A DNA stretch of 64,000 nucleotides from an uncultured SAR86 cluster bacterium (GTDB taxonomy: Bacteria; Pseudomonadota; Gammaproteobacteria; Magnimaribacterales; D2472). This document shows positions 1 through 9,178 of the stretch, piece by piece. Where the stretch lies: the NCBI GenBank assembly GCA_902630885.1, contig CACOWI010000003.1, positions 64,939-128,938 on the forward strand. The letters are read 5' to 3'. The position numbers were made by a program, and so were the translations under genes. Position 1 is the stretch's first letter, and each line of letters opens with the position of its first letter. The notes beneath the pieces are model-generated. The model saw nothing but the letters and a program-made list of their open reading frames with translations. It did not search any database and was not told the origin of the DNA.

Positions 1-524
1 CTACCTGATGCAACGGCATGGTAAATTCTATAAAAACCAATAGTTACCCCAATTAAAACTGCGGTAACTGTAAGAGCGTCAAGAAAAGCAGATAAAACTG
101 CAGCAGAAATACAAAATAAAAGTGATAACAATGTTTTTGATCTAATGCTTAACAATAATTTAGTAAAAATTGTTAACATTAAATTTTTCATAAAATAAAT
201 TCCTGCAACCATGAAAACTAAAAGCAGAATTACTTCTAAGTTATTTTCAATTTCGTGAAATACAGATTTTGTTGAAGTTAAGCCCATAACAATTGCTTCT
301 AAAGCAAGCAAACCTCCAGGCTGAAGCGGATAGCATTTTAAAGCCAATGCTAATGTAAAAATAAATTGTAATAAAAAGACCCATCCAATAATGAAATTTC
401 CATCTAATCCCATAGAATTGAGTATCATTAATAATGGTGGATTAATAATTAGAAAGCCTATTATGGTAGACTTGTACCACCCAGGGGCATTCCCTAGAAA
501 TAATTTTTGTATTTCATTGAACAT
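1..524 (-). CDS. nhaB: Na+/H+ antiporter NhaB, N-terminal 174 codons (rest lies beyond the left edge)
   Basis: Not in the ORF track because it runs off the edge. Reverse translation from ATG 524-522 gives [29 protein letters not shown]...[29 protein letters not shown]...[18 protein letters not shown]...[13 protein letters not shown]...SAFLDALTV. This is colinear with the E. coli NhaB N-terminus. Confidence 0.85.
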   Translation of the reverse strand, partial: MFNEIQKLFLGNAPGWYKSTIIGFLIINPPLLMILNSMGLDGNFIIGWVFLLQFIFTLALALKCYPLQPGGLLALEAIVMGLTSTKSVFHEIENNLEVILLLVFMVAGIYFMKNLMLTIFTKLLLSIRSKTLLSLLFCISAAVLSAFLDALTVTAVLIGVTIGFYRIYHAVASG

Positions 525-548
525 AAGAACATTTTAAACTTAGTTACT

Positions 549-1361
549 ATGCATTTTAAAAGATTTTTAGAGATAAATGTTGAAGAAAATAACCATTTCA
601 TTGTATTTAGAAACAATAAAATAATCTACGAACCTGATTTAAAAACTTTTTTATTAGATAGTAGCTATTTGAACATTGATATTGAAAATTCGTTAGTCGT
701 TGGAATAGCTGAATCTGAAAACAAAGTTTATGCTATTGATATTTCAAATTGTGAAAATGATATTAATGTGGGATATAAATCTCTAATTGAATATGATGTT
801 AGGCATTTATTAGCAATCTCAAAACCTGAAGATATTATTTTAATGGGGAGGGCAAATCAATTATTACATTGGCTGAGGAGTAATAAATATTCTGGTTATT
901 CTGGAGAGTTAAATAAATTTGATCTAAATGAGGAGTCATTGATGTGTCCAACAACATCCACAATGATATATCCTTCAATAGCTCCTTGCGTATTAGCAAT
1001 GGTAACTAAAGGAGATGAAATTTTATTAGCAAGAAATAATTTATTTCCTGAGGGCCTTTATAGTGTATTAGCTGGCTTTGTAGAAGTATCTGAATCTGCT
1101 GAAGAAACAGTAAGGCGAGAGGTATTAGAAGAAGTAAATATTAAAGTAAAAAATCTCAAATATTTTGGAAGCCAACCCTGGCCGTTTCCATCTCAACTGA
1201 TGTTAGGTTTTTCATGCGAATATGAGTCAGGTGAAATAAAAGTTGATGAAACTGAAATCGTAGAAGCTAATTGGTATAAATACAATAATTTACCATATGT
1301 TCCTCCAACAACAAGTCTCTCGGGCTTACTAATTAACTCTTTTGTCGAGGATCATTCTTAG
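549..1361 (+). CDS. nudC: NADH pyrophosphatase / NAD-RNA decapping Nudix hydrolase NudC
   Basis: ORF 507..1361. I prefer ATG 549 because TTG 507 would overlap the divergent nhaB start. Nudix box GFVEVSESAEETVRREVLEEVNI and NudC signature SQPWPFPSQLM are present. Colinear with E. coli NudC through KY.GY.G ... YPSIAPC. Confidence 0.85.
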   Translation: MHFKRFLEINVEENNHFIVFRNNKIIYEPDLKTFLLDSSYLNIDIENSLVVGIAESENKVYAIDISNCENDINVGYKSLIEYDVRHLLAISKPEDIILMGRANQLLHWLRSNKYSGYSGELNKFDLNEESLMCPTTSTMIYPSIAPCVLAMVTKGDEILLARNNLFPEGLYSVLAGFVEVSESAEETVRREVLEEVNIKVKNLKYFGSQPWPFPSQLMLGFSCEYESGEIKVDETEIVEANWYKYNNLPYVPPTTSLSGLLINSFVEDHS

Positions 1362-3312
1362 CGCGAAGAGGAATATCTTTTTTTGGCTTTTTATCTTTAA
1401 CAATTTCTTTCATTACTGGCTCTTTGGTCTTGCTTTGAACCTCTTTTTTAGAATCACGATTTATAGATTCATTATTATTTGATTCTTTAGTTTTGGTTTT
1501 CTTATTGACAGTATTTTTTTTGACATAAGGGCTCTTAGGTTTTTGCTTTGAAGTGCCTTTATTATTTTTATCAGATTTATTAGTTCTGTTGTTAAAGTTT
1601 TTATTTTTATTAACTTTATTTCGTGGTGTGTTATTTTTCTTTCTGTATTTTCTTTGTGGTTTTTTCTTTTGCTTAACTTCTTCGACCTCAATACCAGTTA
1701 TAGATTTAAGCCATTTCATCAGACCAGCTTTTTTAGTTTTAGGCATTTTAGGTGGTTTAATTCCATCCACTAATGGCTTCATTGTCTTGGATTGATTATT
1801 AGCATCTCTCCAATTAATATTGGGTTCAGGACTATCAGGAGTTAATTTATATGAATCTGTATTTTTTACATCAGAACCTTTGATTCTTACAACTTTGTAA
1901 TATGGTCTTGATTTGTATGGATCAGCAATAACAAGAACTTTTACCTTGTTTGTTTTTTCAATACTAATAATGTCATATCTCTTTTCATTTAAAAGATAGC
2001 TAGCAACATCTGATGGAACATAAACGTGAATTTCGCCAGTATTATCTTTAGCTGCATCTTCTCCTACTATTCGAAGAATAGACAATCCTAATGATCTCGG
2101 GCCTCTAACTAAAACATGTTCAATATCATAAGATTCGTTCAGAGAGGGGCGAAGACGTTGTCTCGATATTTCTAAAAGACCAAATCTGGATATATTTGAA
2201 ATTTGCACTCTGGCTCTATCGGAATATATAGCTTTTCTAAATGCTGATTCAACTTTATTCTGATTATCTTCATTTGTCATATCAATAAAATCTATGACTA
2301 CAAGACCACCAACATCTCTAAGCCTAAGCTGTCTTGCGACTTCTTTTGCTGCTTCTATGTTAGTTTTGAAAGCTGTTTCTTCAATATCTTTACCTTTTGT
2401 TGATCTTGCTGAATTTACATCAATTGTTGTCATTGCCTCAGTTGGATCAATTACAATAGATCCACCTGAACTTAATGATATCTCTCTTTGAAAAGCTAGC
2501 TCTATTTGAGACTCTATTTGATATCTATTAAATAGTGGAATTTCTTCATCATAGAACTTAACCTTTTCTGAATGATCAGGAATAACAGCTTCTATAAATT
2601 CTTTAGCTTCGTTAAAAATTTCTTTATCGTCAATTAAAATTTCCTCAATATCTTCTTTAAAATAATCTCTAACAACTCTGACAATTAATTTATCATCTCT
2701 ATAAATTAGAGATGGTGAGGTGGCATTAGGAATAGTATTATTAATCTCATCCCATAGAGCCAATAGGTAAGCTAAATCTAAACTTAACTCTTCTACAGTT
2801 CTACCTAATCCATTAGTTCTTACTATTGCGCTCATATTTTCAGGAATATTCAATTTTTCTAGAATATTTTTTATTTGATCTCTCTCTTCTCCACCTATTC
2901 TTCTAGAAATACCACCAGAGCGAGATGAGTTAGGAATTAAGACTAAAAATCTCCCGGCTAGACCAATTTGAGTTGTAAGTGCAGCTCCTTTTGTCCCTCT
3001 TTCTTCTTTTGTAACTTGAACAATGATTTCTTGACCTTCTTCAAGTGTACAAATAAATTTTCCTTTTTTATCCTTTTTGTAGTACTGATTTGAAAGATCT
3101 TTCAAGGGTAAAAAACCATGCCTCTCTGAACCAAAGTTCACAAATGCTGCATCTAGGCTTGATTCTATTCTTGATACAGTAGCTTTAAATACACTTCCTT
3201 TTAAAAGTATTTTTTCAGGAGATTCTGTATCAAAATCATATAGCTTAGCACCATCTACTAGGGCAACCCGCAGTTCATCACCGTAAGATGAGTTAATTAG
3301 TATTCTTTTCAT
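1333..3312 (-). CDS. rne: Ribonuclease E (short form, 659 aa)
   Basis: MKRILINSSYGDELRVALVDG...IESSLDAAFVNFGSERHGFLPLKD matches the E. coli RNase E S1/N-terminal domain. Catalytic-site region VVIDFIDM and RFGLLEISRQRL are present, followed by a Lys/Asn-rich C-terminal tail. SD GGGAG lies just upstream of ATG 3312. Divergent from rluC as in E. coli. Confidence 0.9.
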   Translation of the reverse strand: MKRILINSSYGDELRVALVDGAKLYDFDTESPEKILLKGSVFKATVSRIESSLDAAFVNFGSERHGFLPLKDLSNQYYKKDKKGKFICTLEEGQEIIVQVTKEERGTKGAALTTQIGLAGRFLVLIPNSSRSGGISRRIGGEERDQIKNILEKLNIPENMSAIVRTNGLGRTVEELSLDLAYLLALWDEINNTIPNATSPSLIYRDDKLIVRVVRDYFKEDIEEILIDDKEIFNEAKEFIEAVIPDHSEKVKFYDEEIPLFNRYQIESQIELAFQREISLSSGGSIVIDPTEAMTTIDVNSARSTKGKDIEETAFKTNIEAAKEVARQLRLRDVGGLVVIDFIDMTNEDNQNKVESAFRKAIYSDRARVQISNISRFGLLEISRQRLRPSLNESYDIEHVLVRGPRSLGLSILRIVGEDAAKDNTGEIHVYVPSDVASYLLNEKRYDIISIEKTNKVKVLVIADPYKSRPYYKVVRIKGSDVKNTDSYKLTPDSPEPNINWRDANNQSKTMKPLVDGIKPPKMPKTKKAGLMKWLKSITGIEVEEVKQKKKPQRKYRKKNNTPRNKVNKNKNFNNRTNKSDKNNKGTSKQKPKSPYVKKNTVNKKTKTKESNNNESINRDSKKEVQSKTKEPVMKEIVKDKKPKKDIPLRAKNDPRQKS

Positions 3313-3505
3313 TTTTTCTCCCTAAATAGGAAGATAATTCAGCAGTATGCTTAGTTTAAGCGTTTATCAGTAAGTCTTACTATCTGTTATGCTTACGTGA
3401 TCAGCTCTGTTAGGAGCTTTAATATATAACTGTTGTATTTATCTTTCTTTGTTAATTTACTAGGTAAACCTAGTTATTTAGGTATATATCCTATAGATTT
3501 GTATC
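3313..3505. promoter_or_regulatory. Divergent rne/rluC promoter region and probable rne 5' leader
   Basis: This 193-nt gap is the longest non-coding stretch in the housekeeping half. The same divergent pair in E. coli carries a long autoregulatory rne leader. Only small hairpins are visible (agctc-N6-gagct at 3403-3418; ctagg..cctag at 3460-3473). No conserved structure can be asserted by eye. Confidence 0.35.
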
Positions 3506-4387
3506 ATGACTGTCAAAAAAATAGCCATAAACGAAGATAATGAAGGTAGAAGGATTGATAATTTTTTAATATCTTTATTTAACTCAGTTCCTAAAAGTAA
3601 AATTTACAATATTATTAGAAAAGGTGAGGTGAGAGTAAATTCTTCAAGAAAAAAACCAAGTTATAAACTTAAATTAAATGATTTAATACGCATTCCTCCT
3701 AATCTCGAGGTTTCTGATAAAAAACCTAAAAAAATTGAATCTGAAGAAATCTTAAAACATACACAGGACATACTATATGAAAATGAAAACTTTATAGTTG
3801 CCAATAAAAGAAATGATATTTCTGTTCATGGAGGCTCTAAACAATCTTTTGGTTTGATTGATATATTTAGAAAAAAATATGGTGAAAACATTGATTTATG
3901 CCATAGATTAGATAAGACAACATCAGGCTGCATCGTATTTGCAAAAAATAAAAAAGCTGTTAAACACTTTGGTGAAAATTTATCAAAAAAATGTGTTAGA
4001 AAAGTTTATTCAACAATACTTAAAGGCAAACTAAAACAAAATATTAGTGTAGACATACCGGTGTACAAAAACTTAACCTCAAATTCTAAAATCGCATCTT
4101 CAAAATTTATTTTAAAAAAGACATTAAAAAATACTTCATTTGTTGATGTAAAGATAGATACTGGAAGGACACATCAAATTAGAATTCATGCAGCAAAAAT
4201 AAAGCATCCTATTCTTTTTGATCAAAAATATGGCGATAAAGATTTTGATAAATCATTAAAAATTGGAAAATATAAAATAGCACTTCATGCAAAAGAAATA
4301 TCTTTTTTTGATCTAGATAATAAAAAAATTAATGTTAAATCAAAACTCCCTTTTGAATTTAAAGAAATGCTTAAAAATCTTGAATAA
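3506..4387 (+). CDS. rluC: 23S rRNA pseudouridine synthase RluC (RluA family with S4 domain)
   Basis: N-terminal S4 region GRRIDNFLISLFNSVPKSKIYNIIRKGEVRVN. Catalytic motif HRLDKTTSGCIVFAK, then GRTHQIRIH. Colinear with E. coli RluC and divergent from rne. Confidence 0.85.
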   Translation: MTVKKIAINEDNEGRRIDNFLISLFNSVPKSKIYNIIRKGEVRVNSSRKKPSYKLKLNDLIRIPPNLEVSDKKPKKIESEEILKHTQDILYENENFIVANKRNDISVHGGSKQSFGLIDIFRKKYGENIDLCHRLDKTTSGCIVFAKNKKAVKHFGENLSKKCVRKVYSTILKGKLKQNISVDIPVYKNLTSNSKIASSKFILKKTLKNTSFVDVKIDTGRTHQIRIHAAKIKHPILFDQKYGDKDFDKSLKIGKYKIALHAKEISFFDLDNKKINVKSKLPFEFKEMLKNLE

Positions 4388-4442
4388 ATTTTCTGTTAAT
4401 ATTTGTAAAATTTTGATAGGATAGCGTTTTTTAAGGCATATT

Positions 4443-4652
4443 ATGGCAGTACAAAAAAGCAAAGTTACTAGGTCTAGAAGAGGTCAAAGGCGATCTCATG
4501 ATGCTTTAAAGTCTAAAACTTTATCAATTGATCCTGTTTCTGGAGAAAAACATTTACGTCATCAAATGACAAAAGATGGTTTTTATAAAGGTAGATTGAT
4601 TAAAGATTTAAGAAAACCTATTAAAGAAGAGTCAGAAGAAGTAACATCATAG
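4443..4652 (+). CDS. rpmF: 50S ribosomal protein L32
   Basis: [22 protein letters not shown]...[11 protein letters not shown] is near-identical in pattern to E. coli L32 (the Cys-free form). Confidence 0.95.
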   Translation: MAVQKSKVTRSRRGQRRSHDALKSKTLSIDPVSGEKHLRHQMTKDGFYKGRLIKDLRKPIKEESEEVTS

Positions 4653-4654
4653 TT

Positions 4655-5575
4655 ATGCCTAGGCATATAAGTATTCTTTTTCCAGGACAAGGTTCTCAAT
4701 CACTTGGAATGCTTCATAATCATTCTATAGATTTACTCAATTCATACAAAAAAGATATAACAGATATACTTGGATTTAATCTTTTAGACGTAGTAGAAAA
4801 TGGACCTGTAGAAGATTTAAATAGAACTTCAGTAACTCAGCCCGCAATTCTTTTAACCTCGATTTTAGATTTTTATCATATTTCTAAAGAACTTGATTTA
4901 AAACCCAATCTTTTATGCGGACACTCTCTTGGAGAATATAGCGCATTAGTTGCCGCAAATTCTATTTCGTTGCTTGAAGGAATCTCACTAGTCCATAAAA
5001 GAGGCAAACTCATGGAAAAGTGCCCTAAAGGAGCGATGTGCGCAGTTTTAAATACTGATTTCAAAGTAATAAGAGATATTTGCGTTGAAGTAGAAAATGA
5101 TATTAACACCATAGTCACACCTGCAAACCTTAATTCGCCCAATCAAATCGTAATTTCTGGAAACGAAGAGGGGGTTGATGAGGTAGTCAAACGTCTAAAA
5201 GAAAGTGGTCATAAAAAATGTATTAAACTTAAGGTGAGTGTTGCCTCACACTCTAAAGTAATGAATAACACTCTTGATAAATTCAATGATGAGTTAAATA
5301 AAATAAAAATTGCTCCACCAGAGTATTCAATTATTCAAAACGTTAATAGCAATACCACAGAAAGTATTGATGAACTAAAGAAAAATTTATTAAATCAACT
5401 TACTATGCCTGTCCAGTGGATAAATACGATGGAATATATTAAAAGATATAACGGAATTGTTATTGAATGTGGCCCAAATAAAGTTTTGTCTGGTCTAGCT
5501 AAGGCTAATGGCATAGATAATATTTACTCAACTTCATCACCAGATTTTTTTGATAAAATTAAGGAAGTATTATGA
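4655..5575 (+). CDS. fabD: Malonyl-CoA:ACP transacylase
   Basis: FPGQGSQSLGM and active-site GHSLGEYSALV. Located upstream of fabG-acpP. Confidence 0.9.
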   Translation: MPRHISILFPGQGSQSLGMLHNHSIDLLNSYKKDITDILGFNLLDVVENGPVEDLNRTSVTQPAILLTSILDFYHISKELDLKPNLLCGHSLGEYSALVAANSISLLEGISLVHKRGKLMEKCPKGAMCAVLNTDFKVIRDICVEVENDINTIVTPANLNSPNQIVISGNEEGVDEVVKRLKESGHKKCIKLKVSVASHSKVMNNTLDKFNDELNKIKIAPPEYSIIQNVNSNTTESIDELKKNLLNQLTMPVQWINTMEYIKRYNGIVIECGPNKVLSGLAKANGIDNIYSTSSPDFFDKIKEVL

Positions 5576-6288
5576 GTAATGGTAATGTCTTTATTTCTGG
5601 AGCATCAAGAGGTATTGGTAATTCAATTGCTAAATATTTTGCTAAAAATGGTTACATAGTTGTTGGCACTTCTAGAAATGAATTTAAATTTGATGAAAAA
5701 AATGAAAATCTTATTCCTATAAAGCTTGATGTTACATCGAGAGATGATGTTCAAAATTGTTTTGATTTTTTAAAATCAGAAAATTTACTACCTGATATTC
5801 TAATTAATAATGCTGGTATTACTGCAGATCAAATTTTCTTAAGAATGAAAAATGAAGATTGGGATAATGTTATAGATACAAACCTTAATGGGGTTTTTAA
5901 TTTATCAAAGATCTTTGTAAAAAATATGATTAAAAATAAAAAAGGAAGAATAATAAATATTTCATCTATATCTGGATTAATGGGTAATCCGGGACAAGTT
6001 AATTATTCAGCATCAAAGTCAGCGCTTAATGGATTTACTAAATCGTTGGCTAAGGAGTTAGGCTCCAGAAATATAACTGTAAATTGCGTTGCTCCTGGAT
6101 TTATTGAGACTGATATGACATCTTTTTTAGAAGAGGACGCCAAACAACGAATTGAAGAAACCATACCACTAGGTCGACTGGGTAAAGGTGAAGACATAGC
6201 AAAATTAGTTGCATTTTTAGCGTCTGATGAAGCCTCATATATAACAGGCCAAACCATTTCTATTGATGGTGGCTTGCTTATGTATTAA
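5572..6288 (+). CDS. fabG: 3-oxoacyl-ACP reductase
   Basis: SDR motifs SGASRGIGNSIA, NNAGIT and YSASKSA. ATGA start/stop overlap with fabD. Located between fabD and acpP. Confidence 0.85.
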   Translation: MSNGNVFISGASRGIGNSIAKYFAKNGYIVVGTSRNEFKFDEKNENLIPIKLDVTSRDDVQNCFDFLKSENLLPDILINNAGITADQIFLRMKNEDWDNVIDTNLNGVFNLSKIFVKNMIKNKKGRIINISSISGLMGNPGQVNYSASKSALNGFTKSLAKELGSRNITVNCVAPGFIETDMTSFLEEDAKQRIEETIPLGRLGKGEDIAKLVAFLASDEASYITGQTISIDGGLLMY

Positions 6289-6358
6289 TAAAAATGTGCA
6301 ACTTTGAACTATTACATGTAAAATGTGTCAAATTTCAATATAGGGTAATGGAGATATT

Positions 6359-6589
6359 ATGAGTGTTGAAGATAGAGTCAAAAAAATTGTAAGCGATCAA
6401 TTAGGTAAATCTGTTGAAGAAATCGAAAGCGATTCATCATTCGTCGATGACCTTGGAGCAGATTCACTGGATACTGTTGAGCTTGTAATGGCACTTGAAG
6501 AAGAGTTTGATCTTGAAATTGCTGATGAAGACGCTGAAAAAATTTCTACAGTAAATGAAGCTGTTGAATACATAAATTCAAATTCGTAA
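6359..6589 (+). CDS. acpP: Acyl carrier protein
   Basis: 76 aa with phosphopantetheine site [21 protein letters not shown]. Confidence 0.95.
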   Translation: MSVEDRVKKIVSDQLGKSVEEIESDSSFVDDLGADSLDTVELVMALEEEFDLEIADEDAEKISTVNEAVEYINSNS

Positions 6590-6612
6590 AAATTTAATTT
6601 TCAAATTTTTTT

Positions 6613-6651
6613 AAATGTTTACAATAACATTTGTTATTTAAACATTTTTTT
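6613..6651 (+). terminator. Intrinsic terminator/attenuator after acpP
   Basis: Stem aaatgttta-c-aataac / gttatt-taaacattt (6613-6647) with loop attt, running into a T-run (6645-6651). It ends immediately before ATG 6652. Confidence 0.6.
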
Positions 6652-7608
6652 ATGTATTTAATAAGAGCATCAATAATTTTTACTTTTTTACTTTTATTAT
6701 CAATATATGCCCCATATACAGCATTTCTTAATCATGAACCTCATATAAAAGATAAGGTTATATACATTGAAAAGGGCGATACGTTAAATGAAGTTTTTTC
6801 ATCATTTTTACCATTAAACTTTGCAAATAAACTTTTTTTAAAAATCTATTCTTTTACAAATGATCTAGATTTATTTCAATCTGGTGAATATGAAATTGGT
6901 AATAAGTCTATTATAGATATTATCTATCTAATTAAATCTGGCGAAACAGTAACTCATAAATTTAAAATAAATGAGGGCTTAACAATTTATGATATTGAAA
7001 ATTTAATTAATAGTTCACATCTTATAAATGATTGTAGTTTCCTCGATTGTATAGATACAAATTTTCCATTCAAAGAGGGCATTCTTTATCCAGATACATA
7101 TTTTTACAAAAAAGGCATGAACGCATCCGAAATATTAAAAGAAAGCCATAATAGATTAGAAAATTTTTTAGATAATAAATTAAAAAACAAAGTCAGTGAT
7201 ACATTATTAAGTAAAGAAGAAATTTTAATACTTGCCTCAATTATTGAAAAAGAAGCAGGTAATGATCAGGAAAAAAGTACAATTGCCAGTGTTTTCCTTA
7301 AAAGATTATCTATAGGCATGAAGCTTCAAGCTGATCCGACAATAATTTATGGTTTGTTACCAAATTTTGATGGAGATATAAAAAAATCTGATATTCTTAA
7401 TAAAAATAATAAATATAATACGTATATGATTAATGGCTTGCCACCAACACCTATCTCAATATCTTCAATTTCTTCTATAAATGCATCTATTGATTCAATT
7501 CCTGGTGAATACCTATTTTTCGTAGCAGACTCACCAACTTCACATTACTTTTCTAAGACTTATGAAGAGCATCTCAACAAAATCAATCAGCTGGGCCTCA
7601 ATAAATGA
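6652..7608 (+). CDS. mltG: Endolytic murein transglycosylase MltG (YceG)
   Basis: Track start is TTG 6631, which lies inside the acpP terminator hairpin, so ATG 6652 is preferred. Single N-terminal TM. Motifs LASIIEKEAG, LQADPTIIYG and YNTYMINGLPPTPI match E. coli MltG. Confidence 0.8.
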   Translation: MYLIRASIIFTFLLLLSIYAPYTAFLNHEPHIKDKVIYIEKGDTLNEVFSSFLPLNFANKLFLKIYSFTNDLDLFQSGEYEIGNKSIIDIIYLIKSGETVTHKFKINEGLTIYDIENLINSSHLINDCSFLDCIDTNFPFKEGILYPDTYFYKKGMNASEILKESHNRLENFLDNKLKNKVSDTLLSKEEILILASIIEKEAGNDQEKSTIASVFLKRLSIGMKLQADPTIIYGLLPNFDGDIKKSDILNKNNKYNTYMINGLPPTPISISSISSINASIDSIPGEYLFFVADSPTSHYFSKTYEEHLNKINQLGLNK

Positions 7609-8195
7609 AAATTATTTCATTTGAAGGCATTGAGGGGGTTGGCAAATCAACACAGCTTAGACTTTTAAAAGACTATCTTGAATCAAAACATTTTTTAGTT
7701 GAGGTATATAGAGAGCCTGGATCTACAAATACTGGAGAGAAAATAAGAGATATCTTACTGAATTCAGCTAATGAATTATCAAATGAGGCAGAGCTTTTAT
7801 TAATGTTTGCATCTAGAGCTGAGCTAATTAAACATAAAATTAAAAAAAGTAAATCAGATTATTTATTACTAGATAGATTTTATGACGCTTCTCTTGCATA
7901 TCAAGGTTATGGTAGAAAGCTTTCTATCCCTTTAATCGAGTCACTTATAACGTTTACGGACTGTCCTGTTCCAAATTATAGTATTTTGTTAGATATTCCA
8001 GTTGAAGAGGGTTTTGCCCGAAAAACCAATGATGATATTGATAGAATTGAATCCTCTAGTAAAAGCTTCTTTGAGAGAGTTAGAAAGGGTTATCTTAAGA
8101 TTGCAAAAGAAAATACTGATAGATTTATAAAAATAAATGCTTCTCTAGACATTGATAAAGTACATCAGAAAATTATTAATCATATCGAGTCGTAG
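7605..8195 (+). CDS. tmk: Thymidylate kinase
   Basis: P-loop FEGIEGVGKSTQ and DRFYDASLAYQG. ATGA overlap with mltG. The order mltG-tmk-holB is the same as in E. coli. Confidence 0.9.
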   Translation: MKIISFEGIEGVGKSTQLRLLKDYLESKHFLVEVYREPGSTNTGEKIRDILLNSANELSNEAELLLMFASRAELIKHKIKKSKSDYLLLDRFYDASLAYQGYGRKLSIPLIESLITFTDCPVPNYSILLDIPVEEGFARKTNDDIDRIESSSKSFFERVRKGYLKIAKENTDRFIKINASLDIDKVHQKIINHIES

Positions 8196-8197
8196 TA

Positions 8198-9178
8198 ATG
8201 ACTATTGAAAAATATAATTGGCTTTTTGAAATATACCAAAAAATTAATTTTGACAAATTACCTCACGGAATAATAATTAATGGCTCAAATGGTATTGGTA
8301 AAAAGTTACTTGCTAATGAAATAGCTGCAAAATTATTAATTAATAAATCAACTAACACCCTTGATCGAGACTTAATCGAGTCTAATTCTCATCCTGATCT
8401 ATTTATAGTTGATAAAGACAAAATTATTTTAAGACATATAACTTTTAGAAAATCACAAAAAAAAGAAGATTGGGATGAGGAACTTGGAGAAAGGAATGTT
8501 AATAACTTTTTGTCCATGAGTTCATCTATATCACTTAATAAAGTTGTAATTTTATTCAACGCCGAAACTATGAATCCACAGTCGCAAGCTGCAATTTTAA
8601 AAACCTTAGAAGAGCCGTCACCTAACAGCTACATTATATTTACAACCAATAGACCCAAATCTTTATTTGAAACTATTTATAGCAGATGCCAAGTAATAAA
8701 TATTCCTAATTTAACTGAATCATCCTTAAATGATTGGCTAAGTAAAAATGGAATCTCTGATCTGAATTCAAATCACTTTCCAAGTTTTATTTCACCATTA
8801 AATATTCTTGAAGATATTCAAAATGACAAACATTCAAGTTTTAAAAACTTTGTTTTTATAATATCTGATTATATTGAAAATAAACTAGATACTAATTTAG
8901 CAATTAAGAATATTTCAAATTTGGAAATTGATTTTGTTACAAAAACAAATTATTTAATTGAGTTTCTTAAAATTCTACTTAAATCAAATTTATTATCTGA
9001 GGAATTATCAGGTTTATATAAAAAATTTAATTCATCTAAATTTAATAATTTAAAGATATCTAACTTAATAAACGAATTAAATGATGTTCGATACAATTAT
9101 TTCAGTGTTCCACAAATCAATGAAACACATGTATTAAATTATTTTTTTAGTGAATTGAAAAATTCAATCAAGATATAG
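8198..9178 (+). CDS. holB: DNA polymerase III delta' subunit
   Basis: Clamp-loader AAA+-like N-terminal half (NGSNGIGKKLLA, ILKTLEEPSPNSYIIFTT, SRCQ). Position directly after tmk. Confidence 0.75.
   Translation: MTIEKYNWLFEIYQKINFDKLPHGIIINGSNGIGKKLLANEIAAKLLINKSTNTLDRDLIESNSHPDLFIVDKDKIILRHITFRKSQKKEDWDEELGERNVNNFLSMSSSISLNKVVILFNAETMNPQSQAAILKTLEEPSPNSYIIFTTNRPKSLFETIYSRCQVINIPNLTESSLNDWLSKNGISDLNSNHFPSFISPLNILEDIQNDKHSSFKNFVFIISDYIENKLDTNLAIKNISNLEIDFVTKTNYLIEFLKILLKSNLLSEELSGLYKKFNSSKFNNLKISNLINELNDVRYNYFSVPQINETHVLNYFFSELKNSIKI

Noticed and set aside
1461-1795. ORFs 1461..1691 (-) and 1553..1795 (+) inside the 3' part of rne
   Set aside because: They lie in alternative frames or antisense to the Lys/Asn-rich low-complexity tail of RNase E. 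Their translations are compositional artefacts (K/L/F runs). The rne frame is continuous and colinear with known RNase E.
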